A stretch of DNA of 64,000 nucleotides from Penicillus capitatus (Eukaryota > Plantae > Chlorophyta): positions 519,535 through 583,534 of the forward strand of contig OZ287697.1 in NCBI GenBank assembly GCA_965649825.1, read 5' to 3'. Under the pieces are notes generated by a model. It did no database searches. It was not told where the DNA came from and worked only from the letters and a program-made list of their open reading frames with translations. The position numbers and the translations under genes are program-made. Below are positions 35,805-47,160 of this stretch, in pieces; the stretch's first letter is position 1, and every line of letters starts with the position of its first letter.

Positions 35805-37454
35805 ATGATGAAGGTCGTTATCATCGGAGGTGGCATTGCTGGTGTCTGTTGCGCCGAGGAGCTCGCTGCGATTCTGACCCAACCGACTGATGTCGTTATT
35901 CTCGTCTCTGCTTCGAACGTCCTGAAAGTGCGGTTTCGATCCGATGCGGTCACTTTTGTAACGTCGGCGGTCAGGGAGTCGGCAATGTCCAGAGACTCAC
36001 ACCACACATCGAGCAATTTGATGTGATCGAGAAATCGGTGGCATCGCTAGAAGCCACGCCCCGTCTGTCGATAGTAAAAGGAGCCGTTATGGACATTCGT
36101 CTGCAGAAGAAGGTTGCTTGAACATGGAGACATGCATGGATGAATGGTATCTGTGTGTTCTGGACGTACAGGAGGTCGTCCTTTCCAGTAACGTTGTCCT
36201 TGGATTCGATAAACTCTGCATTTGCACCGGGGCCAAGCCCAAAGTCGTATCGAAGCCTGTCATGTGTGTTGGGTGTGGAAAGTGCAATTACGTGTAGGTC
36301 TTGTCCTCGAGTCCCCATGTCTTGACCCTCCGAGACATGTACAGTGTGCATCGTCTTCAGGAGAGACTGACAACGGCACAGTGCGTCATGGTTGTTGGCA
36401 ATGGTGGCATTGCATTGGATCTCATGTCAGTTCTCGGATGCCCAATGGCGATGAACTCAATCGTGGCTTGTGGTGTCAGGTCTGGTCTGACGGGATTCGA
36501 GTTGATTTGGGTATTGAAGCATGGACACATCGGCGAGGCGTTCTTCGATCGCCATACAGCAGGCTTTCTACTCGAAGGGTTGTCCAAGAGGCCATCTGGC
36601 GTACCGACACCCTCTGCGAAGCCGACCTCAACCCCGGATCCCAGTACAGAAGACTGTCTGGGCGAAGCGGTCGGTCCAAATTGGATTCAGAAGATCTCCA
36701 TGTCTTCTTCCCGCCGAGAAACGCACGTCACACTCGAAACGGAATGCCAAGTGGCATCCATTGAAGATCTGCCAGAGGATGCCGAGCACCGTGTCCGAGT
36801 TGTCTTGACAAACGGACAGGTGTATGAGGTGGATGTCGTGATCGCTGCTATTGGCGTCGATCCCTTCCTTCGATGGGTTCCCACCGAGGTGCAACGCGGA
36901 GAGGATGGTGGACTGCTCGTCGATCAGAACATGCAAACGAACCGTGAAGATATCTACGCTGCTGGAGACTGCTGCACTGTCGATTGGGGCTCCGATGCAT
37001 CACCTCACTGGTTTCAAATGCGCTTATGGACACAGGTCGTCCTCCCGACATGCATACCGTGACTGTTTATGATGATATGAGAGCGATACAGGCGAAGATC
37101 ATGGGCATCCATGCTGCTCAATGCATGGCAGGTATGGCCGACGGCCCCGGGATTGCTTTTGAGCTGTTCACGCACGTCACACGTCTTTTGCAGCAAAAAG
37201 TGATTCTGTTGGGGCAGTATGCTCTTGACAGAGATCCAGATGCACGCGTCGTTTGCCACCATCGGATCTGGGAAACTGAGAGTGGGCGTTGCTATGCTCG
37301 TGTGCTGCTGGTGGATGGCAAAGTACAGGGAGCTATCCTGATTGGAGATACGGAGCTCGAAGAGACCATGGAGAATCTTATTCTGGACAGATTGGACGTC
37401 TCTCGTTACGGTGAACATCTGTTGGACCCAGACATCGATCATGTCTTCGATTAA
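35805..37454 (+). CDS. PYROXD1: Pyridine nucleotide-disulfide oxidoreductase domain-containing protein 1
   Basis: VVIIGGGIAGVCCAEEL, VVGNGGIALD, YAAGDCC, HWFQMRLWTQ, FELFTHVT...KVILLGQY, GAILIGDTELEETMENLIL. Confidence 0.9.
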
Positions 37455-37479
37455 ACATACAACGACACAGCGTTCCTGG

Positions 37480-39220
37480 TCACACAAAACGCAACACGGG
37501 TGAACGCGCGAACAGGCGATGGTGAATTGTCCTCGGGACGTGCCGTCTTCTCGGAGCAGCTATTCTGAGAGAGCCTCTCGTGGGAATGTGGCCATTGGAG
37601 CGATGGGGTGGTGATGGATGGTGTGGTTTTGCCTTGCCATCGCCGATCAGTTTCTGCAGTTTGGGTTTGAGGTCCGTCATGCGATAGTTGTAGGGAATAG
37701 AGATGAAGCCAGATTCCCATGCTTGGTAACTACTGTCGATGGCAATACCGGCATCTGATAGATCCACCGACTGACGGATACTCTCTGCATTCTCTATGAG
37801 CCTCTCGGCTGCCTTGATAGCCTAAAACACGAGATGCCTGTGGCGTCTACGCTTTAAGAATGCATTTCCCTTACCTGCTGTCGTTCGTAAACGGAGCAGA
37901 TGCGGATAACATTTTTGGCTCCCAATGCTTTTCTGGCCTTTTCCAGAATCCTCTGCTCTTCCAAGTCATCCGTCAGCATCTCACGTGCTTCGTCTTTTGC
38001 ATTGAGACATCGATCGGATTGCACGTAGTTCAGTAGATGCATGTGGGAGCAATCGGTTCGTACGTGCAGTGTAGAAGACGCGGCAGAGTAATCGACCATT
38101 GGGGCACTGTCATCCGAATGCACCAACAGCATCAGAGGTAATGGCCGCCCTGCCAGCTGTTTCCCCACTTCCTCTCGGTTGACAAGAATCGACCCGGCCC
38201 ACAACACAAACTGCTGAGCATTGGATCCAGTGGAGATATCGCAGAGAACGTCTTCCACTTGAAACAGATCCTTCATCGAATTGCGCAGTTCATCTGCTCG
38301 CCGTTCCCAGAAGGAATGCAATCGAGTGAGAAGTCCTGCACGATCCAAGTCCAATCCCTGTAGCGTTCGGGAGATCTTGTCCGGTTTCACCACCAAATGC
38401 AGACAGCCATCATCTGAGATCCAAGATGATAGAGGGTCTCTTTGGGTGGTGAGAGGCATAGGAGTGCTCTCGGGCTGATGCACGCAGAGACTCAAATTTG
38501 CAAAGAGTTGAGGCACCTCATAGGTGAGCTGCTTCATGGCGTCGTCCAAGAGCCCCAGCAACTCCAGCTGCGTCTTCAAGTCCTGCACTCCGATATCAAA
38601 CTCGGAACCCATCTACCAATATGGCAGAGATCATTGGGAGGCCACATTGAGATGCGCTTGCTTTACATGGAGGCTTTTGAGGCGATAAGCAGTTTCCATT
38701 TCGGCTTTTGTGTGGATGAGTTTTGTCTTGAGGGCAGCGTGCCGTTCTCCATCCTCGACGACTTTGCCGACAAAACCCTTGAGCCAGTCCAAGAGATCAT
38801 CATCCATGACATGATCCGGCGCATCTGTATGTCATGATGCTCATTTCTGTGATCTTAATTGACGATGACACCGTACCTGCAGTCCATTGGAGGTACTCCT
38901 GATGCGAAATAAGCCCCAATGCATGATAGAGCGGTGCCAAGAGGCCATCGCTTTCTAGCCTTGTCGCGATTTCTTCCAAAGTACTCTCTTTCTTGATCCA
39001 GAATCGCAGTGAGATGGGTTCCGGTCGTGTATGGAGTGCCAGTTCATCCAAGTAGTGATTGAGCTTCTGTTGATAGTTCCGTGAGAGTGGATGAAGCATG
39101 GAACAGGAAGTGTACTTTCAGAGCAGAGGCGTTGATCTCTTGCTCGGTGGGATAGGCAGAAAAGAGATCTGGATGCAAGAGACGCATGACTGAGCGAAGC
39201 AGCGCTTTCTCCTCCTTCAT
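37480..39220 (-). CDS. DUF4460/DUF4461 (TCAIM-like) protein
   Basis: LRSVMRLLHPDLFSAYPTEQEINASALK / KLNHYLDEL, and C-terminal GFISIPYNY. Start may lie further upstream. Confidence 0.6.
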
Positions 39221-41129
39221 GTCGCTTCAGCTTCCTGCAATGATGAATGATGTGACGCACGAAGATCGAAAGGGTGCCCGGATCTCGGCCATATCGCTGA
39301 TGGCTGTGGGGATAGCCAGATAGAGATACGTAAGATAAGACGCGTCAAGGGGCATCTATTCCTGAACGCTCGTTTGTGAAAACTCTTAAGACGCATCCGT
39401 CGTTTCGATTGAACGCGTCTCGATTTGTGCTTTACGAGGTTTTCTGAGAAAATCGGAGAGCGATGAAGATTCGTGAATGCTGGCCAGTCACACTTCTAAA
39501 AGTGTGATGTATTGGTTTTTCGCCTAAAGGAGAATCCCTTGTTGGATGCCCTTCAAGCGCGTCAGTAGATAAAGAGTGAGAACTACATGACTGTCCATCT
39601 GCCTAAGCATAGGACAATATATTGACCCATTGTCATTGCCGAATCGCCCAGCCCTAGAGGCCGATTTCCTTTGAGGTTGGTCCACAGCAATTGTAGATAC
39701 CGACGTGGTTGACGAGAAGATGAGTGTTGTGGCCGTGTTCGTGCAAAACGAAGAGAGCTCCAGGAAGGTTCACCGTCACAGGACTTGTTTTTGGTCGCCA
39801 TCGTTTTTGCCTTCTGCTAAAGTGTGTTTTGTGGATGCGTCGTGTGATCTGTGATGTTTACATGTGGACGGATGGTTCTGTTTTAACAGATCTACGGTTG
39901 AGCTTTTCAGACTGTTTTGTTGACCCCATCATTGCTGAATGCCAACCGATGCGAAGCATGGAAGCGTGATTAACGTATCTTTAGATGTAAAGAATCCACA
40001 ACGAAGTGAGACACAGTGCGGCCACTATAAAGCAGAACAGGCAGACAATGGAGACCATGTGATGAGGGACTCGTGAGTTTCCGGATGTAACGCAAACGGA
40101 CGCTTCAAGAGAGCCAAAGGCTCAATCAGTAGCTGTAAGATGAAGAAGTCAGAAGGGCGGAGCATCATGTGGTCAAGGACGGAAGCTTGTCGCTCGCTCT
40201 GGCTACTTACCACCTATCAGTAACTTCTTAACGAAGCACAGACATAACTAAACCCATCTAGATGCGAATCGCCCATAGCTTTTCGTTATACCCGTCCAGA
40301 GAGCGACCACTCCACTCTGAATGAATGTTGTGGCATCTCTTTTGTAGAAATGAAACGTTTCCATTGCCGGTTGACACGTTTACCGCATTAAGGTCGCCGT
40401 CGTCTCTACGACGACGGCATTCTTTGAAGTGCTAAGAAGGAACGATCGTTTAGATGGACATGAAAGAGAGAGGCTCAAATCGGCATCGAAGGGCGCAGAA
40501 ATCAAGTGCGGCAGTGGTTGGTGTCTGTGCATCCGTTTGATGTGACGGGTGGATATAGGAGGGAACCTGAAACGACACCTGTCACCTTTCCCGTTCTGTT
40601 GACTGGCGACGAAGGACGCGACAGCAGCTAAATATTCACTCCAATTCAGACACTCGGAAGAGCCACCGTTTACATGTCACCACCGTCTCGGTTCTCCACA
40701 CTTCACCGGCATAGAGTACGTGGCTATCGCCCAAGTGTTCGTGCTTGCTAGGAGTGGCCGAATCACGGCCATTCGACATCGGATCTACCCACTCTCGTCA
40801 CATCGCCAAATACTCTCGACGATAAGACGACGCTGTAGACTCCCGATCGCGATGGATTTGCGATTTGAGGACGAGCGACGACGAAGTTTATTGCCAATAC
40901 GTTATATAAAAAAGTGTCATGCGTCCACCTTACGTAAGACTTGGTGAATGCATCATCTTCGATGACAAAGCGACATTTCTTCGGTACACATCAGTAAAGC
41001 AGATCTGCTCTTGTCGTCCTCGTAAATTCCATTCGCCGCGTCACAACGCGAAAAAAATCTCGCAAAAGACTTTCGCTGAGAAATCTCAAACGCCACGAAT
41101 CGCTGTGCTGCCCATCATCGACAGCAACG

Positions 41130-44100
41130 ATGAAGCGACGAGGAGGCATCATTTGCGCGTTGCTTGTGTTTGTCAGTCTACTAGACACGGGAGAGACCAT
41201 CGAAAGCGTGAAGCGTGATAATGGCGACTCTGGAATTACGTCTGCTGTCACTTACGAGTATGCAACCTACAGCTGCGATGCGGAGGAGTCATCGGCACTT
41301 TTCACGGTGATGGCGAATGGCGACCAAGCAACGCAACCGGTGTTGTCGCTGACGTCCGTTTTGGATCTCTCTGGGTCAATGGCCGGCGCCGATAGGATAT
41401 CGCTCATGCAGGACACAAACGTCTTCCTTTTGAAGGAACTCGCTGAGTTGGATAATCCTCACAGATTTGGTACAGTGACTTTTTCGACCGGGACTCGAGA
41501 ACTGGTCCCTCTGGACGTCATCAGATTGAGTTCAGTGCAGGGCATCAGTAACACGATCAAGGGCACCAGAGCAGGGGGCAGTACAAACTTGCTCGCGGGC
41601 ATCGAGGAGGGATTCAAACAGCAGACACAGGACCGTGCGAGTGGCCACTTTGTGCGAGTGATCTTCGTTTTTACTGATGGAAGACCAAACGGTTCGCCAG
41701 AAGGAATCGTTGCCAAAGCCAAAGCTCTCGTGGCACAGCGACCAGATGTTGCCATCTACACATTTGGCTATGGCTCCAATCTGGATTACACTTTGTTGCA
41801 TCGTCTGGCTGAAGTTGGCAGAGGCACGGCATCGATCATCAAGAAACCGGAAGACATGGCAACCGCATTCGGAGCTGCTTTGGCAGGTAAATGTCACATC
41901 ATCACTCAACTCGCGTTACGGGGTGTGTATTCTGTCGCAGGTCTGTTGAGTCAGGTGGCCGACAGTATCAAGTACACCGTCACTCCGGCGAACGGAGCTC
42001 AGGTCAAGAGCGTGAAAGCTGGTGGCACGATCCGTCCGGTCGGAAATGGATTTGAAGTGGATTTGGGCGATATGCAGCAGGGGGAACTTCGAACGGCCAT
42101 CATCAATTTTGTGACGGCAAAGAGTTGCACAGCAGCGGAACCTGTGGCCATTAATGGAGAGAATACGAACTCCGGCACGGGTCAAGGTACCGAAGACAAA
42201 CCCGACAGCCCCACGTTCGATCGAAATCCAAAGCCACCTCCTCAAGAACCCGAGGTCGTTGTTGTCGCGGAGAGACTGCGTCGCAGTGTATTCGACGAAC
42301 GATTCAGCCAGGCGACAAATGCACTGACCCAGGGCAACGAGGCTGGAGCGATCCAAGCACTGGAGTCCCTTGTGAAAGATCTTGAGGCCACCGGCATGCA
42401 AAAGAAAGTCGTCTGGATCAAGAGGGGACTGGAAGACGTTAAGATTGTCTTAGGACAGCTGAAATCAACGTCCTCCACTAACGCACTTACTTTCTTGATT
42501 GCTGACCTGTACAGCATCTGGGATGCGATTACAAAGCAGAGGACAGGATCGACGAACCAGAACCTGCAAAGCGTTAAGTATATCACGACGACTGCCAAGG
42601 AGGAGTTGAGCACCAAAGCCAAGAGGGAAGTGCTGGACATCATACCGCCGGCGCCTTTTACCTTGTCGATAAATTCGGCCGTTTCTCAGACGAGAAAGGA
42701 GAAAGGCGACAACATCATCGACGTTCTCTATGCTCTCGAAGCACTGCCGTCGAAGAAGAAGCGGCCGCCGCTGTCTTTGACCGTCGTGGTCGACACATCG
42801 CAGTCCATGAACGGAGACGCCATGAAGAAGCTGATCACCACACTGAAGCGCCTGGTTGACTGGCTGGATGCAAAGGAGGATGCGAATGTCCTTCTCGGTG
42901 TCATCACCTATTCAGATGCCGTTCATGAATTGCTCCCCCTGACGAAACTCAGTGGCATCGATGTTCCAAAAGTCAAAGCATCGTTTGAGGCCATTCAGGC
43001 CGGCGGACAGGCGAAGATCGATGCGGCTCTGACGAAAGGCGTCAATCAGCAGCTCAGCTTTGCGCGCTGCTCTGGGTCTCGCGTGGTCTTCCTCCTGTCG
43101 AGCAGCGGATCGGCGTCTTCTAGTGATGCCATCGTCAGATCGCTTCAATCGCAAATCGGCTCGAAGAAATCGCTGCTCTCTGTGTACACGTTTGCTATGG
43201 GAAACGCCGATGTTAAGCAAATGGAGAAGATCGCTGTGGCCGGGAACGGACAACGGTATATTCTGTCATCGCCAGACGACATTCCGACGAGCTTCGGCGA
43301 TGCCATTGGTGGATTACTTGGCATCTCTGCCAAGAACATTAAGATCATGTTTGCCCCCGCCGATCCAGCTGTCGAGATCATCAGTACTTTCCCCGGAGGC
43401 GTATCCCAAGGTGGCGGCGCCTTTAATGTCTCCGAAGAAAACATATTCGAGTCAGAGAGACGCGAATTCATGGTCACCGTTCGTTTCCCTGAGTCCAGTG
43501 ATCCAGCTCTGATACTGAGCATCGCGGTGTGTTACGTCGACGCCGATACCTGTGGAGTCGCCGAGAGCACCGTTGCCTCCATTGGGCCTGGTGAGAGATC
43601 GCCAAAGAGCATGAAGCAGCGACGCATGGAGCGAGATGTTGCCGTAAAACTGAAACAAGCTTCGGACATCTGCATGACGACGACAAACCTCGAAGAGGCC
43701 ATCGGTTTTGTCCGTGACGCGAACTATGTCGTCGCCACGAGTGCCACTGGCGACTACAGATGGGCGCTGATTGTCGACCTCATGCATCTTCGAGGCAAAC
43801 TGAGATGCGCCAGGGATGGCACCGAAACAAGAGACAGTGCCTGTGCACAAGTGAAGGCATTGACGGAACTCTTCGAGACAAAGAGATACAAGTGCATGGA
43901 CTCTAACCATTTCCTCGTCTCTAAGTACTATGACTCGGACACACGAAAGAAGAGCAGAAAAGCGATGACTCAGAGAAGCATATCACAAACTGTATGCCAG
44001 AAAAGCAATTCGGCAGTAGCAGAGCTTCGATCTCAGATCAGTAACTGGATGAGGGATACAAGCTCTGCCAATTTCGACGATCTCTATGTCCAGACGACAG

Positions 44101-44528
44101 AGCACCAGAGCAGGGCATCGATGCAGGATGTGACTGATGATGTGACGTCCGGCAATGCTTTCGAAGAACACGATGCATTGACGGAGGAAGTCGCGATGTC
44201 ATTCATGCGCCTGGATGACGCCCTGGCTCATGGGGACATCACAACAGCCCTGACTGAAGCGTCGATCGCCCTTCGACGTCTTCAGGAATCTCCGCGTCAC
44301 GACGACGATGTCGTGTACGCAATGGCCGACCATTTACTGGAAAGATGCCAGCAACTTCTCGAATCTGTCGACAGTGCATGCTATGCATGGTATGGGTCGG
44401 ATCGTAACACACCCTTGGCGGGAGGACTTGGACGCGTCGTCGACAAAGAGACGACGGAAGAAGAGACGAAGCCATATGGGGAGACACACGACTCCTTCTT
44501 CTGGGAGTCAAATTTTGTCGCTCAGTAA
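41130..44528 (+). CDS. Secreted protein with two vWA domains (~1100 aa)
   Basis: Signal peptide. vWA1: VLDLSGSM / GGSTNL / VFTDG. vWA2: VVDTSQSM / LLSSSG. A probable in-frame 54-nt intron near 41887-41940. Confidence 0.8.
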   Translation: MKRRGGIICALLVFVSLLDTGETIESVKRDNGDSGITSAVTYEYATYSCDAEESSALFTVMANGDQATQPVLSLTSVLDLSGSMAGADRISLMQDTNVFLLKELAELDNPHRFGTVTFSTGTRELVPLDVIRLSSVQGISNTIKGTRAGGSTNLLAGIEEGFKQQTQDRASGHFVRVIFVFTDGRPNGSPEGIVAKAKALVAQRPDVAIYTFGYGSNLDYTLLHRLAEVGRGTASIIKKPEDMATAFGAALAGKCHIITQLALRGVYSVAGLLSQVADSIKYTVTPANGAQVKSVKAGGTIRPVGNGFEVDLGDMQQGELRTAIINFVTAKSCTAAEPVAINGENTNSGTGQGTEDKPDSPTFDRNPKPPPQEPEVVVVAERLRRSVFDERFSQATNALTQGNEAGAIQALESLVKDLEATGMQKKVVWIKRGLEDVKIVLGQLKSTSSTNALTFLIADLYSIWDAITKQRTGSTNQNLQSVKYITTTAKEELSTKAKREVLDIIPPAPFTLSINSAVSQTRKEKGDNIIDVLYALEALPSKKKRPPLSLTVVVDTSQSMNGDAMKKLITTLKRLVDWLDAKEDANVLLGVITYSDAVHELLPLTKLSGIDVPKVKASFEAIQAGGQAKIDAALTKGVNQQLSFARCSGSRVVFLLSSSGSASSSDAIVRSLQSQIGSKKSLLSVYTFAMGNADVKQMEKIAVAGNGQRYILSSPDDIPTSFGDAIGGLLGISAKNIKIMFAPADPAVEIISTFPGGVSQGGGAFNVSEENIFESERREFMVTVRFPESSDPALILSIAVCYVDADTCGVAESTVASIGPGERSPKSMKQRRMERDVAVKLKQASDICMTTTNLEEAIGFVRDANYVVATSATGDYRWALIVDLMHLRGKLRCARDGTETRDSACAQVKALTELFETKRYKCMDSNHFLVSKYYDSDTRKKSRKAMTQRSISQTVCQKSNSAVAELRSQISNWMRDTSSANFDDLYVQTTEHQSRASMQDVTDDVTSGNAFEEHDALTEEVAMSFMRLDDALAHGDITTALTEASIALRRLQESPRHDDDVVYAMADHLLERCQQLLESVDSACYAWYGSDRNTPLAGGLGRVVDKETTEEETKPYGETHDSFFWESNFVAQ

Positions 44529-47160
44529 AGATGACGTTGAGCACATTCAAGTGCGCCTGGCACAAGCCTAGGCGATTAAACGCACTTTTTTGCTTTTTTA
44601 GACGCAAAGGCATGCTTGTTCCTTTGCGGATCTGCCAGCTAACCAAATGTGTCTGGCTCATTTCGGCTGAGTCTTCAGCACGAAATGAAATGGATCGTTG
44701 GTGTTGTCGGACTCATAGCTTTGAATATTAGACATTTTTGATCATAATCGTACGGCTAAATGACCGTCTGCAAACGCAAATCTCTTATCGTTTGGACGAA
44801 ACGGACAGATTTGTGACATCTAGGTTCGACAACAGCGAAATGCATCAGCATGATCGCACCGCTTCTTCTTGATCTTATCTATCTCACCTCAGCGTGCATG
44901 CAGAACGCCATTCCAAAGCTGCCGTATGTCTAGGGATCACTGCATCGAACGCTCTCTCTTTTCGATCTCTCTTTCGGATGTCGCATAGTTATCCGAAACA
45001 CATGGTCGAAAGAGATAACAGTTCTGCCAAGAAAAGCGAATTATTCGATCTGGAGACGACGTGTCTTCAGAAGAGAAGAATGAATCCTGACAAAGGAGTT
45101 CACAGAAACGTGATCACCTCAACCACGTGCTGCTCGTTTTTGCCTCCCAATCTGTTATGTGCTCGTTGAGATGTCGCCCTAGTGCAAGGATGTTTCACTT
45201 GTTGACGAACTCAGCCAAATCGAGAACAACGAAAAAGATGCCCGCCTCTATTACACCAAGTAAGAGTCTGTAAGAACAGCCACGTCAAACTCGTTTTTAA
45301 TGTACATCGTGCAACGCGCATACGATGTCGTCATTCACGTGAGACCTTAAGGTGCATCCGTCATTGCCGTTTTGGCGGGCACATCCAGTTTACATCGACC
45401 TGAGCCAACCTTCTGCTTTTTCGGTCGAGTGCGTGTGGACGAAGAAACGGCAGTGATAGTTGTTATCTGCGAAGTGAAGATCCCACGCCGCGCAATCCTC
45501 TACAACAGGACCATTGCCACGCGTCGTGGAATCGTGGACTAACGGGCGGTCTCCAAACAGTGGCCGTAGCACATTAGGACGGAGCCAACGACGCAGACCG
45601 TTGGCTCACTGTCGCAAATAATTTGGGCAGCCTGGATTTGAAGTCCCGAGTATTTTTCACCAACATAAACGTCGATGCCTGTACGCCAGTAGAGTCAACA
45701 GAGCCACGACAAACAGAAGAGCGTACCAAGGTTCGCCGCCTCCACTGAGTCCAAGTCAACAGAGGCGTTTATGTCGAAAACAAGGTCGGGTTTGGTTGGA
45801 ACCAGAATGCGAGCTGCCTCCTGACGACAAAGGGAGATCTGTTTAACCCTGTCGACGAGAAAGAAAACGAAAGGGAACCGCGTAAAGGCAGAAAACGGCC
45901 AAGATGATAGCCAGTGGCGGCGCTCTTGTAAACATCTTTCTTGGCGAGTGAGTGTCTCAGAAAAGATCTTGGCGGAAAGAAAAGCCCGACGACGATTCAA
46001 CTGCAAAAGCGAAATGGCAGCGTCATGTAGCCATTGTTGGAATTTATGTCCATCTAATGGTCGCACGTAAACGTATGGTCACCATCTGTCCATTAATGTC
46101 AATTTGCGAATCGATCCGTGCATGAGAGCTATGTAAAGATGACCTGACCCTGTAGGACAGTCATCCAATCATGAAAGTCCCTTCGATGCTGCCACGAAAT
46201 ACTTGCTATTGACGCCCGTCTCCAGAATCACAGCAATGCGCATGTCACATCTTCATGCCGGCCTTCCTTTCATCCAGCTATCCCGGGTCAGATCAATTCA
46301 GGTGACCCAACACTGTCCTAGAGTCCGTCCATCATAAAGGAGATTGACGTGTTGTCCTTCTTTGAAAAAGTCCTGTGAGAATGTCCTTCAGCAACGAGGT
46401 CGTCAAATTACATACACATCGAACGGAGCTGTTTAGAGATTCTGCTTAGTGATTTGAAAGCAAAATGACTTCAACAACGACAGGTGCGGCAACTCCTGGC
46501 CAAGAGGAGCTGACAAGGAAACTCCTGGATGGATATAAAAGGTCCGTGGAGAGGCCGAAGCTTCTCTGTGATGCCAAAGACTGATAATTTCAACGTCTAG
46601 AGCTGCTGTGCTATCTTTAGAACGTTCTCTGCCTGCCGTTCATTTCAGCGCGTTTTTCCTTTAGACCTCTTTGTATTCGTTTTGGGTCTATCGCAGCAGC
46701 AGTTGCCGTTGACGCCGTCTGTAGATTTCTCTGTTTTCGGTCCAAAAGATGAGGCACTCGGTTTTCCATCTGTGTCTTTTGCTTTTCCTTCAAGCGCCGT
46801 ACCCGACATCATGCGCTCGGGAAGCACCACAAGAACACGTCCGTCAAAGCAGATACAGTACGCCTACCGACATAGCGACACGCTTGACATCATCAACAGC
46901 TTCTTACGTTCTGCCGTCATGGCATGCTCCGCCGCCAACTGCGAATAAGCGATCGGTCGTTTTATCTTACCTCAGGCAGAGGGAGGATTTGAAAAAGGAA
47001 ACCTCGAAAGAGTGCTGCTGTCAGTTCGATACCACTTCTCGTTTCACAGACAGCGACAAAGTCGATGTCCCGTCCGACCAAGATGATCATAACGTAGTAC
47101 GATGACCAAGACAGCCTTCATGTATGAGGTATCGCAACACAGGCATCCATTTGTGCTAGG

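Noticed and set aside
40396-40418. Perfect 9-bp hairpin GCCGTCGTC-tctac-GACGACGGC
   Set aside because: Isolated, with no TSD or second copy. Compatible with chance in CGT-rich DNA.
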